The position numbers and the translations under genes were made by a program. A DNA stretch of 64,000 bases from an uncultured Actinomycetes bacterium (GTDB lineage Bacteria; Actinomycetota; UBA4738; JBBDTT01): NCBI GenBank assembly GCA_963742735.1, contig CAVUMN010000003.1:736001-800000 (forward strand). The letters are read 5' to 3'. Shown piece by piece: positions 22,489 to 34,088 of this stretch. Under the pieces are notes generated by a model. That model had not been told where the DNA came from. It did not search any database and saw nothing but the letters and a program-made list of their open reading frames with translations. Position 1 is the first letter of the stretch. Every line of letters starts with the position of its first letter.

Positions 22489-24360
22489 ATGCGCGCTCGC
22501 ATCCTGGCCACGGCCGCCCTCGCGGCGATCGTCGTGGCCTCGCTCCCCACCGGCCCGGCGCAGGCGACGCCCGTCATGTGTGCCGAGGGGGACGTCACCA
22601 CCGACGGCCGGGTCTTCCCCGAGCCCCGGGTGAGCGCCACCTTCCTGCGCTTCGACGAGTTCGAGTGCGCGATCGAGCTCGTCGAGTCGCGGTACCCGGA
22701 CCTGGTCGAGGTCACGGTGGCGGGGGAGTCCGAGGGCGGTCACCCGGTCTACGACGTGCTGCTCACGGATGAGACCGTGAAGGCGAGGAAGCGGAAGCTG
22801 CTGGTGGTCTCCTCGATCCACGGCGGCGAGGTTGGCGGCCGCGAGGGCGCCGTGCGGTGCATCGAGGACCTCCTCGACGAGCGCTTCCTGGCGGGCGAGG
22901 AGTGGGTGCAGAAGGTCCTCGACCGCTTCGTCATCCACTTCCTGTTCCCGAACCCGGACGGATGGGTGAACGGCGACATCACCGGCAGCCCGGGCGCCGG
23001 CGTGATGTCCACCCGCGGCAACGTGGACGGCTTCGACCTGAACCGGCAGTTCCCGGTGAAGGGCTACATCTACAACGAGAACGAGAGCTACTCGCAGCCC
23101 GAGGCGCACGACGTGGTCCGCTCGCTGTTCGGGACGGCGCAGAAGCGGCGGGACTGGTACCTGGGCACCGACAACCACGGACAGGGACCCGACACCTATG
23201 CCGCCGCCGGCCTGCAGATCGTCGGCCAGTTCGACTACCAGAAGTCCGAGACGCTGGCGCGGTTCGCCGACGGGATCACCGAGGCGATGGCCGAGTACGA
23301 CGTCCTTTCGGCCCTCGCCACGCTGAACGAGGCGACCGGCGGGGACCTCGGGCCGTACCACTGGGGGACCCTCTACGACATGCTCGGGTACTCGGCGTCG
23401 GGCTCGTTGATCGACTACTACAACACCGAGTCGGCCACCGACGGATGGGGGTTCGCCACCGAGCTCACCGCGGGCACCGAGGTGAACTGGGTCACCCACC
23501 CGGGGCTGCTCAACCAGGTCTGGGTGGACTCCATCCGCGCCATCAACTACACAATGTTTCGCCAGGCCGTGGACCCGAAGCGATTCACGTATCGGGTCAA
23601 GGGCCGCGCCGCCTACGTGTTCGACCCCCAGGTGGTGACGAATACCGACGCCAACGGCGCGGGGTTCTTCGACCCCGAGGCCGTGCCGGCCGTCAAGCAG
23701 CAGCCCTACCGGGTCACGCGGATGCGGTTCTTCTCCGACCTCAACCGGTACGCCTCCCGCCCGCTGACGAAGGTCCGGGTGGGGGACCTCGTCTCGGGCC
23801 GGGTGAACCTCAACCGGTTCGACAGCCTCGTCCTGGCCAACGACGCGATCCCCGAGCGGACGAACCCGGCCCGGTGGTACGGGTTCCTCAAGCGGTGGGT
23901 GTCCCGCGGCGGGAACCTGATCGTCACCGACGCCGCGGCCGGGGTGCTGGCGAAGCTCGGGATCGTGGCCCCGGACGCGATAACGGTCGAGACCGGCTAC
24001 GTCGGCTCGGTCGAGGAGTTCGTGGACCGCGCGCACCCGCTGAACGCGGGCCTGCGCGGCGTGGCCAGCCAGACCTACGACACCGTGCCCATCGGCTACG
24101 CGTTCCCGCCCGCCGGGAACAACGCCCCGAACTGGAAGGTGGACCAGGCCGCCTGGGAGGCGGCCGGCGGGTACACGGCCGGGCTGAACGGCGAGGGCAA
24201 GACCATCTACGGCGAGGTGCCTCTGGGGACGGGGACGGTCCGATTCCTGGGTGCGCTCCTGCCGGACCCGACCGAGGCCTTCTATCACCCGTACGGGCTG
24301 CAGAGCTACGCGGTCACCTACACCGGCTACACGCTTCTGCAGAACATGCTCAACGCGTGA
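22489..24360 (+). CDS. Secreted M14-family zinc carboxypeptidase-like protein with C-terminal accessory domain
   Basis: Signal peptide ending AQA; IHGGE (HxxE), NPDG, RGN..DLNRQF, DNHG. Confidence 0.8.
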   Translation: MRARILATAALAAIVVASLPTGPAQATPVMCAEGDVTTDGRVFPEPRVSATFLRFDEFECAIELVESRYPDLVEVTVAGESEGGHPVYDVLLTDETVKARKRKLLVVSSIHGGEVGGREGAVRCIEDLLDERFLAGEEWVQKVLDRFVIHFLFPNPDGWVNGDITGSPGAGVMSTRGNVDGFDLNRQFPVKGYIYNENESYSQPEAHDVVRSLFGTAQKRRDWYLGTDNHGQGPDTYAAAGLQIVGQFDYQKSETLARFADGITEAMAEYDVLSALATLNEATGGDLGPYHWGTLYDMLGYSASGSLIDYYNTESATDGWGFATELTAGTEVNWVTHPGLLNQVWVDSIRAINYTMFRQAVDPKRFTYRVKGRAAYVFDPQVVTNTDANGAGFFDPEAVPAVKQQPYRVTRMRFFSDLNRYASRPLTKVRVGDLVSGRVNLNRFDSLVLANDAIPERTNPARWYGFLKRWVSRGGNLIVTDAAAGVLAKLGIVAPDAITVETGYVGSVEEFVDRAHPLNAGLRGVASQTYDTVPIGYAFPPAGNNAPNWKVDQAAWEAAGGYTAGLNGEGKTIYGEVPLGTGTVRFLGALLPDPTEAFYHPYGLQSYAVTYTGYTLLQNMLNA

Positions 24361-24363
24361 GAC

Positions 24364-26553
24364 TCAGCTGATCGGTGATCCCGGCCGCTCGCCGGCTGCC
24401 GACGCCACCCGCGCGGCCGCCTGACGGGCCGCGGACAGGTCCTCCTCGGCGGGGGGTGACGTCGAGAAGAGCTCGCGCTCGAACGTCCCCACGACCAGCG
24501 CCACCGCGTCGCCCTCCCGGCGGGCGACCGGATCCTCGGCCAGCAGCCGCCCGAGGTGTTCACGAGGTGTGCGGCTCGCCGGGCGAGGGATGCCGCGCGC
24601 CTCGAAGGTCCGGCACATCGCGACGAACGCCTCGGCCGCCGGCGAGAGCGGCGGACCTCGGTGCCGCCGCCGGCGGAGCAGCAGCGCGAGGGGCACGGCC
24701 AGCAACAGCGCGCCGGCCACGACCGGCCAGGCCCGGGCCGCGGCCACCCCGGCCCGCCCGATGGCCCGCCCCGCGTCCTTCACGGCCTCGCGGACGGGGC
24801 CGGGCACGAGGCCTCCCAGGAACTCGGCGACGTCGCGCAGGACCTGGGCGGCGATCCAGCGGGGCCCGGAGCTCTGCCCGACGTTGGGCACGCCGAAGGT
24901 GGGGTCGAACTGGACCCACCCCGTGAACGGGAAGTACACCTCCACCCAGGCGTGGGCGTCCGCCTCGGCCACCTCGAAGTAGCCGGTGAACACGTTGCGG
25001 GTACCCGGGCCGAAGCCGACCGCGAGCCGGGTGGGGATCCCCACCGCCCGCAGGAGCATGGCCATCGACGTGGCGATGTGCTCGCAGAACCCCTCCCGGC
25101 GCTCGAACAGGAACTCCTCGAGTGGGTCGCGGCCCTCGATCTCTGGGGGGATGTCCAGGTTGTAGCGGGTGTTCGCCCGGAGCCACGACTGGACGGCCAG
25201 GGCCCGGTCGTAGTCGGTGGGGGCGCCGGACGTGATCCGCCGGGCCAGCGCGCGGACCCGCGGCGAGAAGTCGCCTGGGACCTGCGTGTAGCGCTCCAGG
25301 TCGAACCCCTCGGAGTAGTTCACCGACTGCCGCAGCAGGAACGGGTCCCGCGAGGGGATCGTGGAGACCACGCTGTAGACCATCCCCTCCTCGAGCAGGA
25401 GGGGCGAGATGACCGAGCCGTACGCGTCGACCTCCACGCCGGCCGCCGGGAAGTACAGCTGCCGGGGCTGATACGCGCCGAACACGATGTTCGGCTGCTC
25501 GACCTGCACGTAGAAGGTCTGCACCAGCTCCTCGCCCACGCCGACCACATCGTGGTCGGGGACGGGGATCGTGAGGGGGGCGGGGCCGCCGACCGCGTCC
25601 AGGCTGGTCAGCGACGCGGACCACCGCACGCCGTCGAAGGCGTCGTAGGCCTGCCCCCGCCACAACGACGGCTCGGGGGAGCGGACCTTCAGGACGACCC
25701 GGTCCGACAGCATGCCGCGCGATCGGAGGTCGACGCCGGCGCCGAACCCCGGGTACCCCAGCCCGCTGAACGGCGCGGGGTTGTCGCCGCGCGACGCCGG
25801 CAACGCGGGGTTCACCACGCCACCCCCGCCGGACTGGACGCGCTGGGCGACCGAGAACGGCAGCGCGGTCACGTTCATGCCCTTCAGGCGCGGGAGGGAG
25901 ATGAACAGCAGGCCGGTGACCAGGACCCCGACCACGGCGATCCGGATCCCCGTCCGGGCCGCGCCGAGCAGGTTCCGCCGGGGCCGGGGTGGCCCGCTCG
26001 GGCCGAGCGCGATCGCCGTCGCCGACGCCTCGGCCGACCGGTGCTGCGACACGTACAGCCACAGGCCGGCCAGGATCGAGTACGGCAGCAGGAAGAGCAG
26101 GAACGTCGTGTCCAGCGAGAGCGATCCCGCCTCGGCCATGAGGATCACGCTCGAGGCGATCGAGAACGCCAGGTCCCGCCGCCGGGGGAGGTCGAAGGAG
26201 TGCAGGATCTGCACCCACAGGAACAGCGACGCCAGCGAGGCCCGGGCCTCGTCCACGGAGACGGCCAGGTTCACCTGGAGCAGGAACCCGCCCAGGGACG
26301 CCAGCAGCCCGACGGCCAGGACGATCTTCAGGACCACGTTCTTCTCGTGCCGGCGCACGTGAGAGAAGGCGTAGCCGACCGGGACGAGCACCAGCGACCC
26401 GATCGCGGTGGCGGCGTCCACCGCGCCCTGGACGATCACCGCGACCACCGAGACGAGCACGACGGCCAGGACCAGCGCGCGCAGGCGCACCGAGTCCTCC
26501 GGGCCCTCCTTCGGCCTGCGCAGCAGCCGGATCTCGGGCGGGCGGCCGCTCAT
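24364..26553 (-). CDS. Membrane-bound transglutaminase-like protein (TgpA/DUF3488 type)
   Basis: N-terminal TM helices; GFCEHIATSMAMLLR..GIPTRLAVGF, HAWVEVYF..GWVQFDPT triad; ATG overlaps the DUF58 stop. Confidence 0.9.
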   Translation of the reverse strand: MSGRPPEIRLLRRPKEGPEDSVRLRALVLAVVLVSVVAVIVQGAVDAATAIGSLVLVPVGYAFSHVRRHEKNVVLKIVLAVGLLASLGGFLLQVNLAVSVDEARASLASLFLWVQILHSFDLPRRRDLAFSIASSVILMAEAGSLSLDTTFLLFLLPYSILAGLWLYVSQHRSAEASATAIALGPSGPPRPRRNLLGAARTGIRIAVVGVLVTGLLFISLPRLKGMNVTALPFSVAQRVQSGGGGVVNPALPASRGDNPAPFSGLGYPGFGAGVDLRSRGMLSDRVVLKVRSPEPSLWRGQAYDAFDGVRWSASLTSLDAVGGPAPLTIPVPDHDVVGVGEELVQTFYVQVEQPNIVFGAYQPRQLYFPAAGVEVDAYGSVISPLLLEEGMVYSVVSTIPSRDPFLLRQSVNYSEGFDLERYTQVPGDFSPRVRALARRITSGAPTDYDRALAVQSWLRANTRYNLDIPPEIEGRDPLEEFLFERREGFCEHIATSMAMLLRAVGIPTRLAVGFGPGTRNVFTGYFEVAEADAHAWVEVYFPFTGWVQFDPTFGVPNVGQSSGPRWIAAQVLRDVAEFLGGLVPGPVREAVKDAGRAIGRAGVAAARAWPVVAGALLLAVPLALLLRRRRHRGPPLSPAAEAFVAMCRTFEARGIPRPASRTPREHLGRLLAEDPVARREGDAVALVVGTFERELFSTSPPAEEDLSAARQAAARVASAAGERPGSPIS

Positions 26554-27773
26554 CGGGTCACCTCCGGGACCGCGGACAGCGACTCGGCCAGGTCGTGGCC
26601 GGCGGCCAGCCGCGACACCGTCGCCCCCCGCGAGACGAGCATCAGCGACGCGCGTCCGGCGCCCTCGCCGTCGAGCGCCGGCTCGCGACCCGGGGTGAAC
26701 GTGGCCGCGTCGACCAGGCTCACCTGGATCGCGACGCCCCGCGCCGCGAGCGCCGCCACCAGGGCCGGGGCCCGCTCCAGGTTCGCGGCCCACGTGGGCG
26801 CGACGATCAGGACGGCGTCGGGGTTTCCGAGCGACGCCATCGCCTCGACGAGGCCGTCGAGGGGCACGCCTCCCTGCGCGCGGGCCGCCGCCAGCCCGGT
26901 GAGCAGCTCGCCACGCGACGCGGACGCCACCGTCTCGACCCGGCCGTCGCGGCCGGCGGCGAGGCCGACCGAGGCTCCCCGGGCCAGCGCGTGGACTCCT
27001 ACCGAGGCGGCGACGGCGCAGGCGAGGTCGAGCGCGGTCTCCGGGTCCTCGGGGGCCGAGTCGGCCCACGTGTCCAGCATGATCGCCAGCCGGCGGGGTT
27101 CCTCGCGCTCGAACTCGCGGACGATCAGGGTCCCGTGGCGGGCGGTCGACGGCCAGTGGACGTGGCGAAGGCTGTCGCCGCGCCGGTACTCGCGGATCCC
27201 CATGAAGTCGCCGCCGGCCCCGTGGCGGGGGGCGGTCTGCGGCGAGGGCTCGGTGCGGGCCGGCCGGTCGAGCAGGGGTACCCGGCCGAGGGGTACGACC
27301 CGCGGGTAGATCACCGTCCGCCCCCCCGCCGGGACCCGCCGGCGCGCGGTGGCCACGCCGAACGGGGCGGACGAGGACACGACGACCGGGTCGCCCTCCA
27401 CCATCCCGCGCCTCGCCGGCGCGCGGGGGGTGGACGCGCGGGCGTGCGCGCGCGGACCGAGCGAGGGCACGAACGCCGACGCCGGCGCGATGAACGGGTC
27501 GGTCACGAGCACGGAGAGCTTGGGGCGCCGCGTCGTGTTGCGGATCACCAGGTCGACCGAGACGGCTTCTCCGGCGGTCGCCTCGGCCGGAGCCCGGCGC
27601 TCGACCTCGATGCCCCGAACCTGGCGCGCGGGCAGGATCCACCCGGTCACCGCCGCGCCCAGCAGGAGGGCGGCGAGGGTCAGGACCCATCCGGACTGGA
27701 CGTTCGTCCCGACCAGGAACAGGATCGCCGCCCCGCCGATCAGCCCGACGGCCCGGCGGCGTGGACGGGGCAC
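26550..27773 (-). CDS. DUF58 domain protein
   Basis: GIREYRRGDSLRHVHWPSTARHGTLIVREFE. Confidence 0.9.
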   Translation of the reverse strand: MPRPRRRAVGLIGGAAILFLVGTNVQSGWVLTLAALLLGAAVTGWILPARQVRGIEVERRAPAEATAGEAVSVDLVIRNTTRRPKLSVLVTDPFIAPASAFVPSLGPRAHARASTPRAPARRGMVEGDPVVVSSSAPFGVATARRRVPAGGRTVIYPRVVPLGRVPLLDRPARTEPSPQTAPRHGAGGDFMGIREYRRGDSLRHVHWPSTARHGTLIVREFEREEPRRLAIMLDTWADSAPEDPETALDLACAVAASVGVHALARGASVGLAAGRDGRVETVASASRGELLTGLAAARAQGGVPLDGLVEAMASLGNPDAVLIVAPTWAANLERAPALVAALAARGVAIQVSLVDAATFTPGREPALDGEGAGRASLMLVSRGATVSRLAAGHDLAESLSAVPEVTR

Positions 27774-27780
27774 GACCGGC

Positions 27781-28743
27781 CTAGACGGGCTCGTCCACGC
27801 CGAGCGGGACGGGGACCTGCTCCAGGACCTCGTCGATCACGCCCCGGGCCCGCAGCGCCGTCGAGCCGCCCTGCGTCCGCAGCATCAGGCGGTGGGAGAG
27901 GATGGCCGGGACCAGGGCCTTGAGGTCGTCGGGGAGCGCGTAGTCGCGGCCGCGCACCATTGCGAGGGCCTGCGCGCAGTGGGTCAGGGCCAGGCTCGCC
28001 CGGGGCGACGCGCCCAGGGCCACATCCCGGTGCGACCGGGTGGCCTCGACCAGCGCCACCGCGTACTCGACGATCGCCGGCGCGACGTGCACCTCGCGCA
28101 CCAGGTGCTGCATCCGCACGAGCTCGTCCGCCGCCAGGACCGGCGCGAGGTCCTCGATCGGGTGCCGGCGGAGCTGCCGCGAGACGACCTCACGGGCCTC
28201 GTCGCCCTCGGGGTAGTCGACGTGAAGGGCCATGGTGAACCGGTCGAGCTGCCCCTCGGGGAGCGGATAGATCCCGTGGTGCTCGGCAGGGTTCTCCGTC
28301 GCCACCAGGAAGAACGGCGTGGGCAGGGGATGGGTGAGGCCCTCCACCGTCACCTGCCGCTCCTCCATGGGCTCCAGGAGCGCGGACTGCGTGCGCGGTG
28401 TTGCCCGGTTGATCTCGTCGACCAGGACCACGTTGGCGAACAGGGGGCCGGGGATGAACCGGAACTCGTGGCGGTCCTGGTCGTACACCGACACGCCGGT
28501 GACGTCCGAGGGCAGCAGGTCCGGGGTGGCCTGCACCCGGTTGAACGTGCCGTCGATCGAGCGGGCGATCGAGCGGGCGAGCATCGTCTTGCCGACCCCG
28601 GGGACCCCCTCGACCAGGAGGTTGCCGTCGGCCAGCAGGCACACCACCGCGGCCTCGACGATCGATCGCTTTCCGGAGATGACGCGCTCGACGTTCGCGA
28701 TCAGGCGGCGGACGTTCTCGGCGCGGTCGGGGCCCGTGGACAC
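27781..28743 (-). CDS. moxR: MoxR family AAA+ ATPase
   Basis: EGVPGVGKT, RVQATPDLLPSD, VDEINRATPRTQSALLE, YPLPEGQLDRF, GASPRA; start is GTG 28743 or ATG 28752. Confidence 0.93.
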   Translation of the reverse strand: MSTGPDRAENVRRLIANVERVISGKRSIVEAAVVCLLADGNLLVEGVPGVGKTMLARSIARSIDGTFNRVQATPDLLPSDVTGVSVYDQDRHEFRFIPGPLFANVVLVDEINRATPRTQSALLEPMEERQVTVEGLTHPLPTPFFLVATENPAEHHGIYPLPEGQLDRFTMALHVDYPEGDEAREVVSRQLRRHPIEDLAPVLAADELVRMQHLVREVHVAPAIVEYAVALVEATRSHRDVALGASPRASLALTHCAQALAMVRGRDYALPDDLKALVPAILSHRLMLRTQGGSTALRARGVIDEVLEQVPVPLGVDEPV

Positions 28744-28825
28744 AGCACGCATTGTCCCAGGTGGGAGCGGGTTCGCGGAAGGGAGAACCCTTCCAGACGC
28801 GCCGGTATACTCGGGTGAGAAGACA

Positions 28826-28954
28826 AGCTCGTCTTCGGGGCGGGGTGTGATTCCCCACCGGCGGTGAGAGTCCGCGACCCTCTGGCATCCGGTCAGGGGT
28901 GGACCCGGCGAAACTCCGGGACCGACCGTACAGTCGGGATGAGAGAGGACGGGC
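28826..28954 (+). ncRNA. FMN riboswitch (RFN element)
   Basis: TCTTCGGGGCGGGGTGTGATTCCCCACCGGCGGT...AGTCCGCGA...GACCCGGCGAAACTCCGGGACCGACCGTACAGTCGGGATGAGAGAGGA; upstream of ribD; -10 TATACT at 28806-28811. Confidence 0.95.
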
Positions 28955-29026
28955 AGCGACGACCGCGGCGCCTTCGGCGCGCCGCCCTCGCCCGCTTCCC
29001 TTCCCCCCGCTCCGGAAAGGCACGAC

Positions 29027-30151
29027 GTGACTGAACATCCGGGAGCGGAATCGCCCGCGGGCGACGAGGACCTCATGCGCCGGGCGATCCACCTGGCCGA
29101 GCGGGGGCGGGGCCTGGTGTCCCCGAACCCCCTCGTCGGCGCGGTCCTGGTCCGAGACGGTGAGGTCGTGGGCGAGGGGTGGCACGAGGGACCCGGCACG
29201 CCCCACGCCGAGATCGGCGCACTCCAGGCCGCCGGCGAGCGCGCCCGCGGCGCGACCCTGTACGTCACCCTCGAGCCCTGCAGCCATCAGGGCCGGACGC
29301 CCCCGTGCGCGCCGGCGGTCGTCGAGGCCGGCGTGACCCGGGCCGTCGTGGCGATGCAGGACCCCAACCCACTCGTCGACGGCGAGGGCCTGAGCCTGCT
29401 TCGCGACGGTGGCCTCCAGGTCGAGGTCGGCGTTGCCGCCGCCGCGGCCGAGGAGCAGAACCTGGCCTTCGTCCACCACGTGCGCACCGGCCTGCCCCAC
29501 GTGACCCTCAAGATGGCGGCCTCGCTCGACGGCAAGGCCGCCGCGCGCGACGGGTCCTCCAAGTGGATCAGCGGCGAGGAGTCCCGCCGGCGCGTCCACC
29601 GCATGCGGGCCGCGGCCGACGCGATCATGGTCGGCGCGGCGACCGCGGCGAAGGACGACCCGGCGCTCACGTGCCGGGACCCCGGCTACCACGGCAAGCC
29701 GAAGCTTCGGGTCCTGGTCGACGGCCGAGGGATCGTCCCCGCCACGCACACCCTGTTCGACGGCGAGGCCCCGACGCTGGTCGCCACCACGCCTGCGGCG
29801 GACGAGGCGCTCGTCGAGGCGTGGAAGCGCGCGGCCGACGTCGTGGTCTACGAGACCCCGGAGGGGGTCGTCCCCCTCGAGGCGCTGATGAAGGACCTGG
29901 CCGCCCGCGGGGTCCAGTCGGTGCTCCTGGAGGGCGGGCCGACGCTGGCCGAGGACGCGATCCGGGCCGGCGTGGTCGACCGCGTGACGTTCTTCTACGC
30001 GCCGATCCTGGTGGGCGGCGCCGGGGCGCCCGGGATCCTGATGGGGGCGGGGGTCGCGACGATCGGCCAGGCGATCCGGCTGGAGGACGTTCGCTACGAG
30101 CGCTCCGGCGACGACCTGGTGGTGGTGGGGGATGTTCACCGGCATCGTTGA
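29027..30151 (+). CDS. ribD: Riboflavin biosynthesis deaminase/reductase
   Basis: PNPLVGAV, HAE, TLEPCSHQGRTPPC, KMAASLDG, LLEGG. Confidence 0.96.
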   Translation: MTEHPGAESPAGDEDLMRRAIHLAERGRGLVSPNPLVGAVLVRDGEVVGEGWHEGPGTPHAEIGALQAAGERARGATLYVTLEPCSHQGRTPPCAPAVVEAGVTRAVVAMQDPNPLVDGEGLSLLRDGGLQVEVGVAAAAAEEQNLAFVHHVRTGLPHVTLKMAASLDGKAAARDGSSKWISGEESRRRVHRMRAAADAIMVGAATAAKDDPALTCRDPGYHGKPKLRVLVDGRGIVPATHTLFDGEAPTLVATTPAADEALVEAWKRAADVVVYETPEGVVPLEALMKDLAARGVQSVLLEGGPTLAEDAIRAGVVDRVTFFYAPILVGGAGAPGILMGAGVATIGQAIRLEDVRYERSGDDLVVVGDVHRHR

Positions 30152-30707
30152 GCACCTCGGGCGCGTGACGTCGATCGAGGGGCCCCGGCTCACGGTCTCG
30201 GCGGGCCCGGTGGCGGCCGACGCGAACCCGGGCGACTCGATCTCCGTGAACGGTGTCTGCCTGACGGTGGTCGCGCGCGACGGCGAGGACCTGGCGTTCG
30301 ACCTGGCCGAGGAGACGCGTTCCGTGACGACCCTTGGGAGGCTGGCGCCGGGCGATCCGGTCAACCTGGAGCGGCCGGTCACCCTGGCCACCCGGCTCGG
30401 GGGCCACGTGGTGCAGGGCCACGTCGACGGGGTGGGCACGGTGCGCGAGGTGGCCCCGGCCGGGGGCGGACGCGAGGTCGCGATCGGGCTCCCGAACGGG
30501 CTCGGGCGGTACCTGGTGGCGAAGGGGTCGGTCACCGTGGACGGCGTGAGCCTGACCGTGGCCGCGCTCGACGACGACTGCTTCCGGGTGGCGCTGATCC
30601 CGCACACCCTGGCCGTGACGACCCTCGGCTCCCTCCGTGAGGGCGACGCGGTGAACCTGGAGGTCGACGTGCTGGCGAAATACGTCGAGCGGCTGATGCA
30701 GCCATGA
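30132..30707 (+). CDS. ribE: Riboflavin synthase
   Basis: [31 protein letters not shown]. Confidence 0.96.
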   Translation: MFTGIVEHLGRVTSIEGPRLTVSAGPVAADANPGDSISVNGVCLTVVARDGEDLAFDLAEETRSVTTLGRLAPGDPVNLERPVTLATRLGGHVVQGHVDGVGTVREVAPAGGGREVAIGLPNGLGRYLVAKGSVTVDGVSLTVAALDDDCFRVALIPHTLAVTTLGSLREGDAVNLEVDVLAKYVERLMQP

Positions 30708-31942
30708 GCGAGGAGGAGCCCGTGTTCGCGAGCATCGTGGAGGCCGTCGACGACATCCGCGCCGGGAAGGTCGTGATCGTCGTCGACGACGCCGACCGCG
30801 AGAACGAGGGCGACTTCATCATGGCCGCCGAGCTCGCCACCCCGGAGGCCGTCAACTTCATGGCCACCCACGGGCGCGGGCTGATCTGCCTGCCCACCAC
30901 CGGCGAGCGGCTCGACGAGCTGCGGATCCCGCTGATGGTCAGCCAGAAGGACGGCACACACGAGACCGCGTTCGCGGTCTCGATCGACGCGAAGGACATC
31001 ACCACGACCGGCACGAGCGCGCACGACCGCGCGGCCACGGTGCTGAAGGTCTGCGACCCCGGCGCGCAGCCGGACGACTTCCTGATGCCCGGCCACTGCT
31101 TCCCTCTGCGGGCCCAGGAGGGCGGCGTCCTCAAGCGGGCCGGCCACACCGAGGCGGCGGTCGACCTCGCCAAGCTCGCCGGCCTGTTCCCGGCCGGAGT
31201 CATCTGCGAGATCATGCATCCCGACGGGACCATGGCCCGGCTCGACGAGCTCGGCCGGGTGGCCAAGGAGCACGACCTCAAGCTCATCTCGATCGCCGAC
31301 CTGATCGAGTACCGGCGGCGCCAGGAGGTGCTGGTCGAGCCCGTCGCCGAGGCGAAGATCCCGACCGACTACGGCGAGTTCCGTGCGGTGGCGTACCGCA
31401 GCGTCGTGGACGACCGCGTTCACGTGGCGATGGTCCTCGGTGAGATCGACTCGGCGAGAGACGTCATGGTCCGCGTGCACTCCGAGTGCCTGACCGGCGA
31501 CGTGTTCGGCTCGCTGCGCTGCGACTGCGGCACCCAGCTGGCCGACGCCCTGAACCGGATCGGCCAGGAGGGCGCCGGCGTTCTCCTGTACATCCGTGGC
31601 CACGAGGGGCGGGCGATCGGGCTCGCGCACAAGCTCCGCGCCTACCAGCTGCAGGAGGACGGGCAGGACACCGTGGAGGCGAACGAGGCCCTCGGGTTCC
31701 CGGCCGACCCCCGCGACTACGGCATCGGCGCGCAGATCCTGCACGACCTCGGCGTGCGCTCGATGCGCCTGCTCACGAACAACCCCTCGAAGCGGGCCGG
31801 CCTCGAGGGCTACGGCCTGTCGATCGCCGAGCGCATACCGCTGCAGACCAAGCCCACGGAGCAGAACCTCGAGTACCTGCGGACCAAGCGGGAGAAGCTC
31901 GGCCACCTGCTCGACAACCTCGACGGCGTGGAGGCGACGTGA
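30704..31942 (+). CDS. ribBA: Bifunctional DHBP synthase / GTP cyclohydrolase II
   Basis: [43 protein letters not shown]. Confidence 0.97.
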   Translation: MSEEEPVFASIVEAVDDIRAGKVVIVVDDADRENEGDFIMAAELATPEAVNFMATHGRGLICLPTTGERLDELRIPLMVSQKDGTHETAFAVSIDAKDITTTGTSAHDRAATVLKVCDPGAQPDDFLMPGHCFPLRAQEGGVLKRAGHTEAAVDLAKLAGLFPAGVICEIMHPDGTMARLDELGRVAKEHDLKLISIADLIEYRRRQEVLVEPVAEAKIPTDYGEFRAVAYRSVVDDRVHVAMVLGEIDSARDVMVRVHSECLTGDVFGSLRCDCGTQLADALNRIGQEGAGVLLYIRGHEGRAIGLAHKLRAYQLQEDGQDTVEANEALGFPADPRDYGIGAQILHDLGVRSMRLLTNNPSKRAGLEGYGLSIAERIPLQTKPTEQNLEYLRTKREKLGHLLDNLDGVEAT

Positions 31943-32421
31943 CCGTTCACCGGGGGACGACCGACAGCTCGCGCGGACGGCGATTCGCGGTCGTCGCCTC
32001 CCGGTTCAACGAGCTCGTCGTCGAGCGACTGGTCGAGGGCGCGCTCGCGGCGTTCGCGCGCCACGGCGTCCCCACCGAGGACGTGGAGGTCGCCTGGGCG
32101 CCCGGCGCGTTCGAGCTGCCGATCGTGGCCCGCCGCTTCGCGCGCGGCGGCGAGGTCGACGCGGTGGTCTGCCTGGGCGCGGTGATCCGGGGGGAGACGC
32201 CCCACTTCGACTTCGTGGCCGAGGGAGCCGAGCGGGGGATCATGCAGGCGATGCTCGAGACCGACGTGCCGATCCTGTTCGGCGTGCTGACCACCGAGAC
32301 GATGGAGCAGGCCCTGGACCGCGCCGGAGGGGGCCACGGGAACAAGGGCTGGGACTCCGCGCTCGCCGCCATGGAGATGGCCTCGCTGCTGGACGACCTG
32401 CCCGGGAAGGGGGCGCCGTGA
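31939..32421 (+). CDS. ribH: 6,7-dimethyl-8-ribityllumazine synthase
   Basis: [32 protein letters not shown]. Confidence 0.96.
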   Translation: MTVHRGTTDSSRGRRFAVVASRFNELVVERLVEGALAAFARHGVPTEDVEVAWAPGAFELPIVARRFARGGEVDAVVCLGAVIRGETPHFDFVAEGAERGIMQAMLETDVPILFGVLTTETMEQALDRAGGGHGNKGWDSALAAMEMASLLDDLPGKGAP

Positions 32422-32768
32422 TCGTCGACAAGCCGTGGGGCAAGGTCACCACGTACGCGCTGAACCAGCCGTCCTCGATCCGCCTCATCACAATCGAGCC
32501 GGGTCAGGAGACGAGCGAGCACTACCACCAGCTCCGCGACGAGAACTGGGTCGTGCTCGATCCGGGCCTGCGCATCCAGATCGGCAACCGCCAGATCGAC
32601 GCCAAGCCGGGGGAGGAGTACGTGGTCGCCGCCGAGGAGCCGCACCGGATCACGAACACCGGCGAGACCCGGGGGCGGGTCCTGGAGGTCGCCCACGGCT
32701 ACACGAGCGAGGACGACACGTTCCGCCTGCAGGACGACTACGGCCGCTCGCTCGACCCCGACTGGTAG
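32418..32768 (+). CDS. Cupin protein resembling the C-terminal domain of type II phosphomannose isomerase
   Basis: KPWG, SEHYHQLRDENWVV, PHRITN, EDD.FRLQDDYGR; GTGA-coupled to ribH. Confidence 0.8.
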   Translation: MIVDKPWGKVTTYALNQPSSIRLITIEPGQETSEHYHQLRDENWVVLDPGLRIQIGNRQIDAKPGEEYVVAAEEPHRITNTGETRGRVLEVAHGYTSEDDTFRLQDDYGRSLDPDW

Positions 32769-32907
32769 CCACCCTCGCGGCCGGGGTAGGCAGCCCCCGG
32801 GGGACGCTCCTATACTCTCTGGCCTGAACGATGTACTCGACGTCGTGGTGGTACGGCCGCACGCCGATGGCGCGCGGCCCTTTTGTGGGAGGTGATGCGG
32901 GGTCCAG

Positions 32908-33539
<632 letters not shown>

Positions 33540-33543
<4 letters not shown>

Positions 33544-33728
33544 AGCAGAAGACGCACCGGGGCGCGGCCAAGCGGTACCGGATCACCGGTTCCGGCAAGG
33601 TCATGCGCCGCAAGGCCACCGGCAACCACATGCTGGGAAAGAAGTCGGGGAGCCAGAAGCGCCGCATCACCGGGACCGCCGTGGTCGGTCCCGAGGCGAA
33701 GGTCATCAAGAAGCTCCTGGGGCGCTGA
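33540..33728 (+). CDS. rpmI: 50S ribosomal protein L35
   Basis: [19 protein letters not shown]; lies between infC and rplT. Confidence 0.96.
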
Positions 33729-33731
33729 GCG

Positions 33732-34088
33732 ATGGCCAGGATCAAGCGAAGCGTTCACGGCCGCAAGAAGCACCGCGAGGTGCTCGAGCAGGCCAAGGGG
33801 TACCGCGGCGCGCGCTCCCGCAGCTACAAGAAGGCCAAGGAGCAGCTCCTGCACTCCGGCGTCTACGCGTACCGCGACCGCCGTGACAAGAAGGGGCAGT
33901 TCCGCCGCCTGTGGATCACCCGGATCGGCGCGGCCGCCCGCCAGAACGGCATGACCTACTCCACGTTCATCTCCGGCCTCACCGCCGCCGGCGTCGAGCT
34001 GGACCGCAAGATCCTCGCCGACCTCGCGGTGAACGACCCGAAGGCCTTCGGCGACCTGGTCGAGGCCGCCCGAGGGGCACGGGCGTAG
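33732..34088 (+). CDS. rplT: 50S ribosomal protein L20
   Basis: [35 protein letters not shown]. Confidence 0.98.
   Translation: MARIKRSVHGRKKHREVLEQAKGYRGARSRSYKKAKEQLLHSGVYAYRDRRDKKGQFRRLWITRIGAAARQNGMTYSTFISGLTAAGVELDRKILADLAVNDPKAFGDLVEAARGARA

Noticed and set aside
24364-28743. MoxR-DUF58-transglutaminase trio as a novel system
   Set aside because: Widespread, previously described gene arrangement; the 1108-aa ORF call is just an upstream extension of the real ATG at 26553
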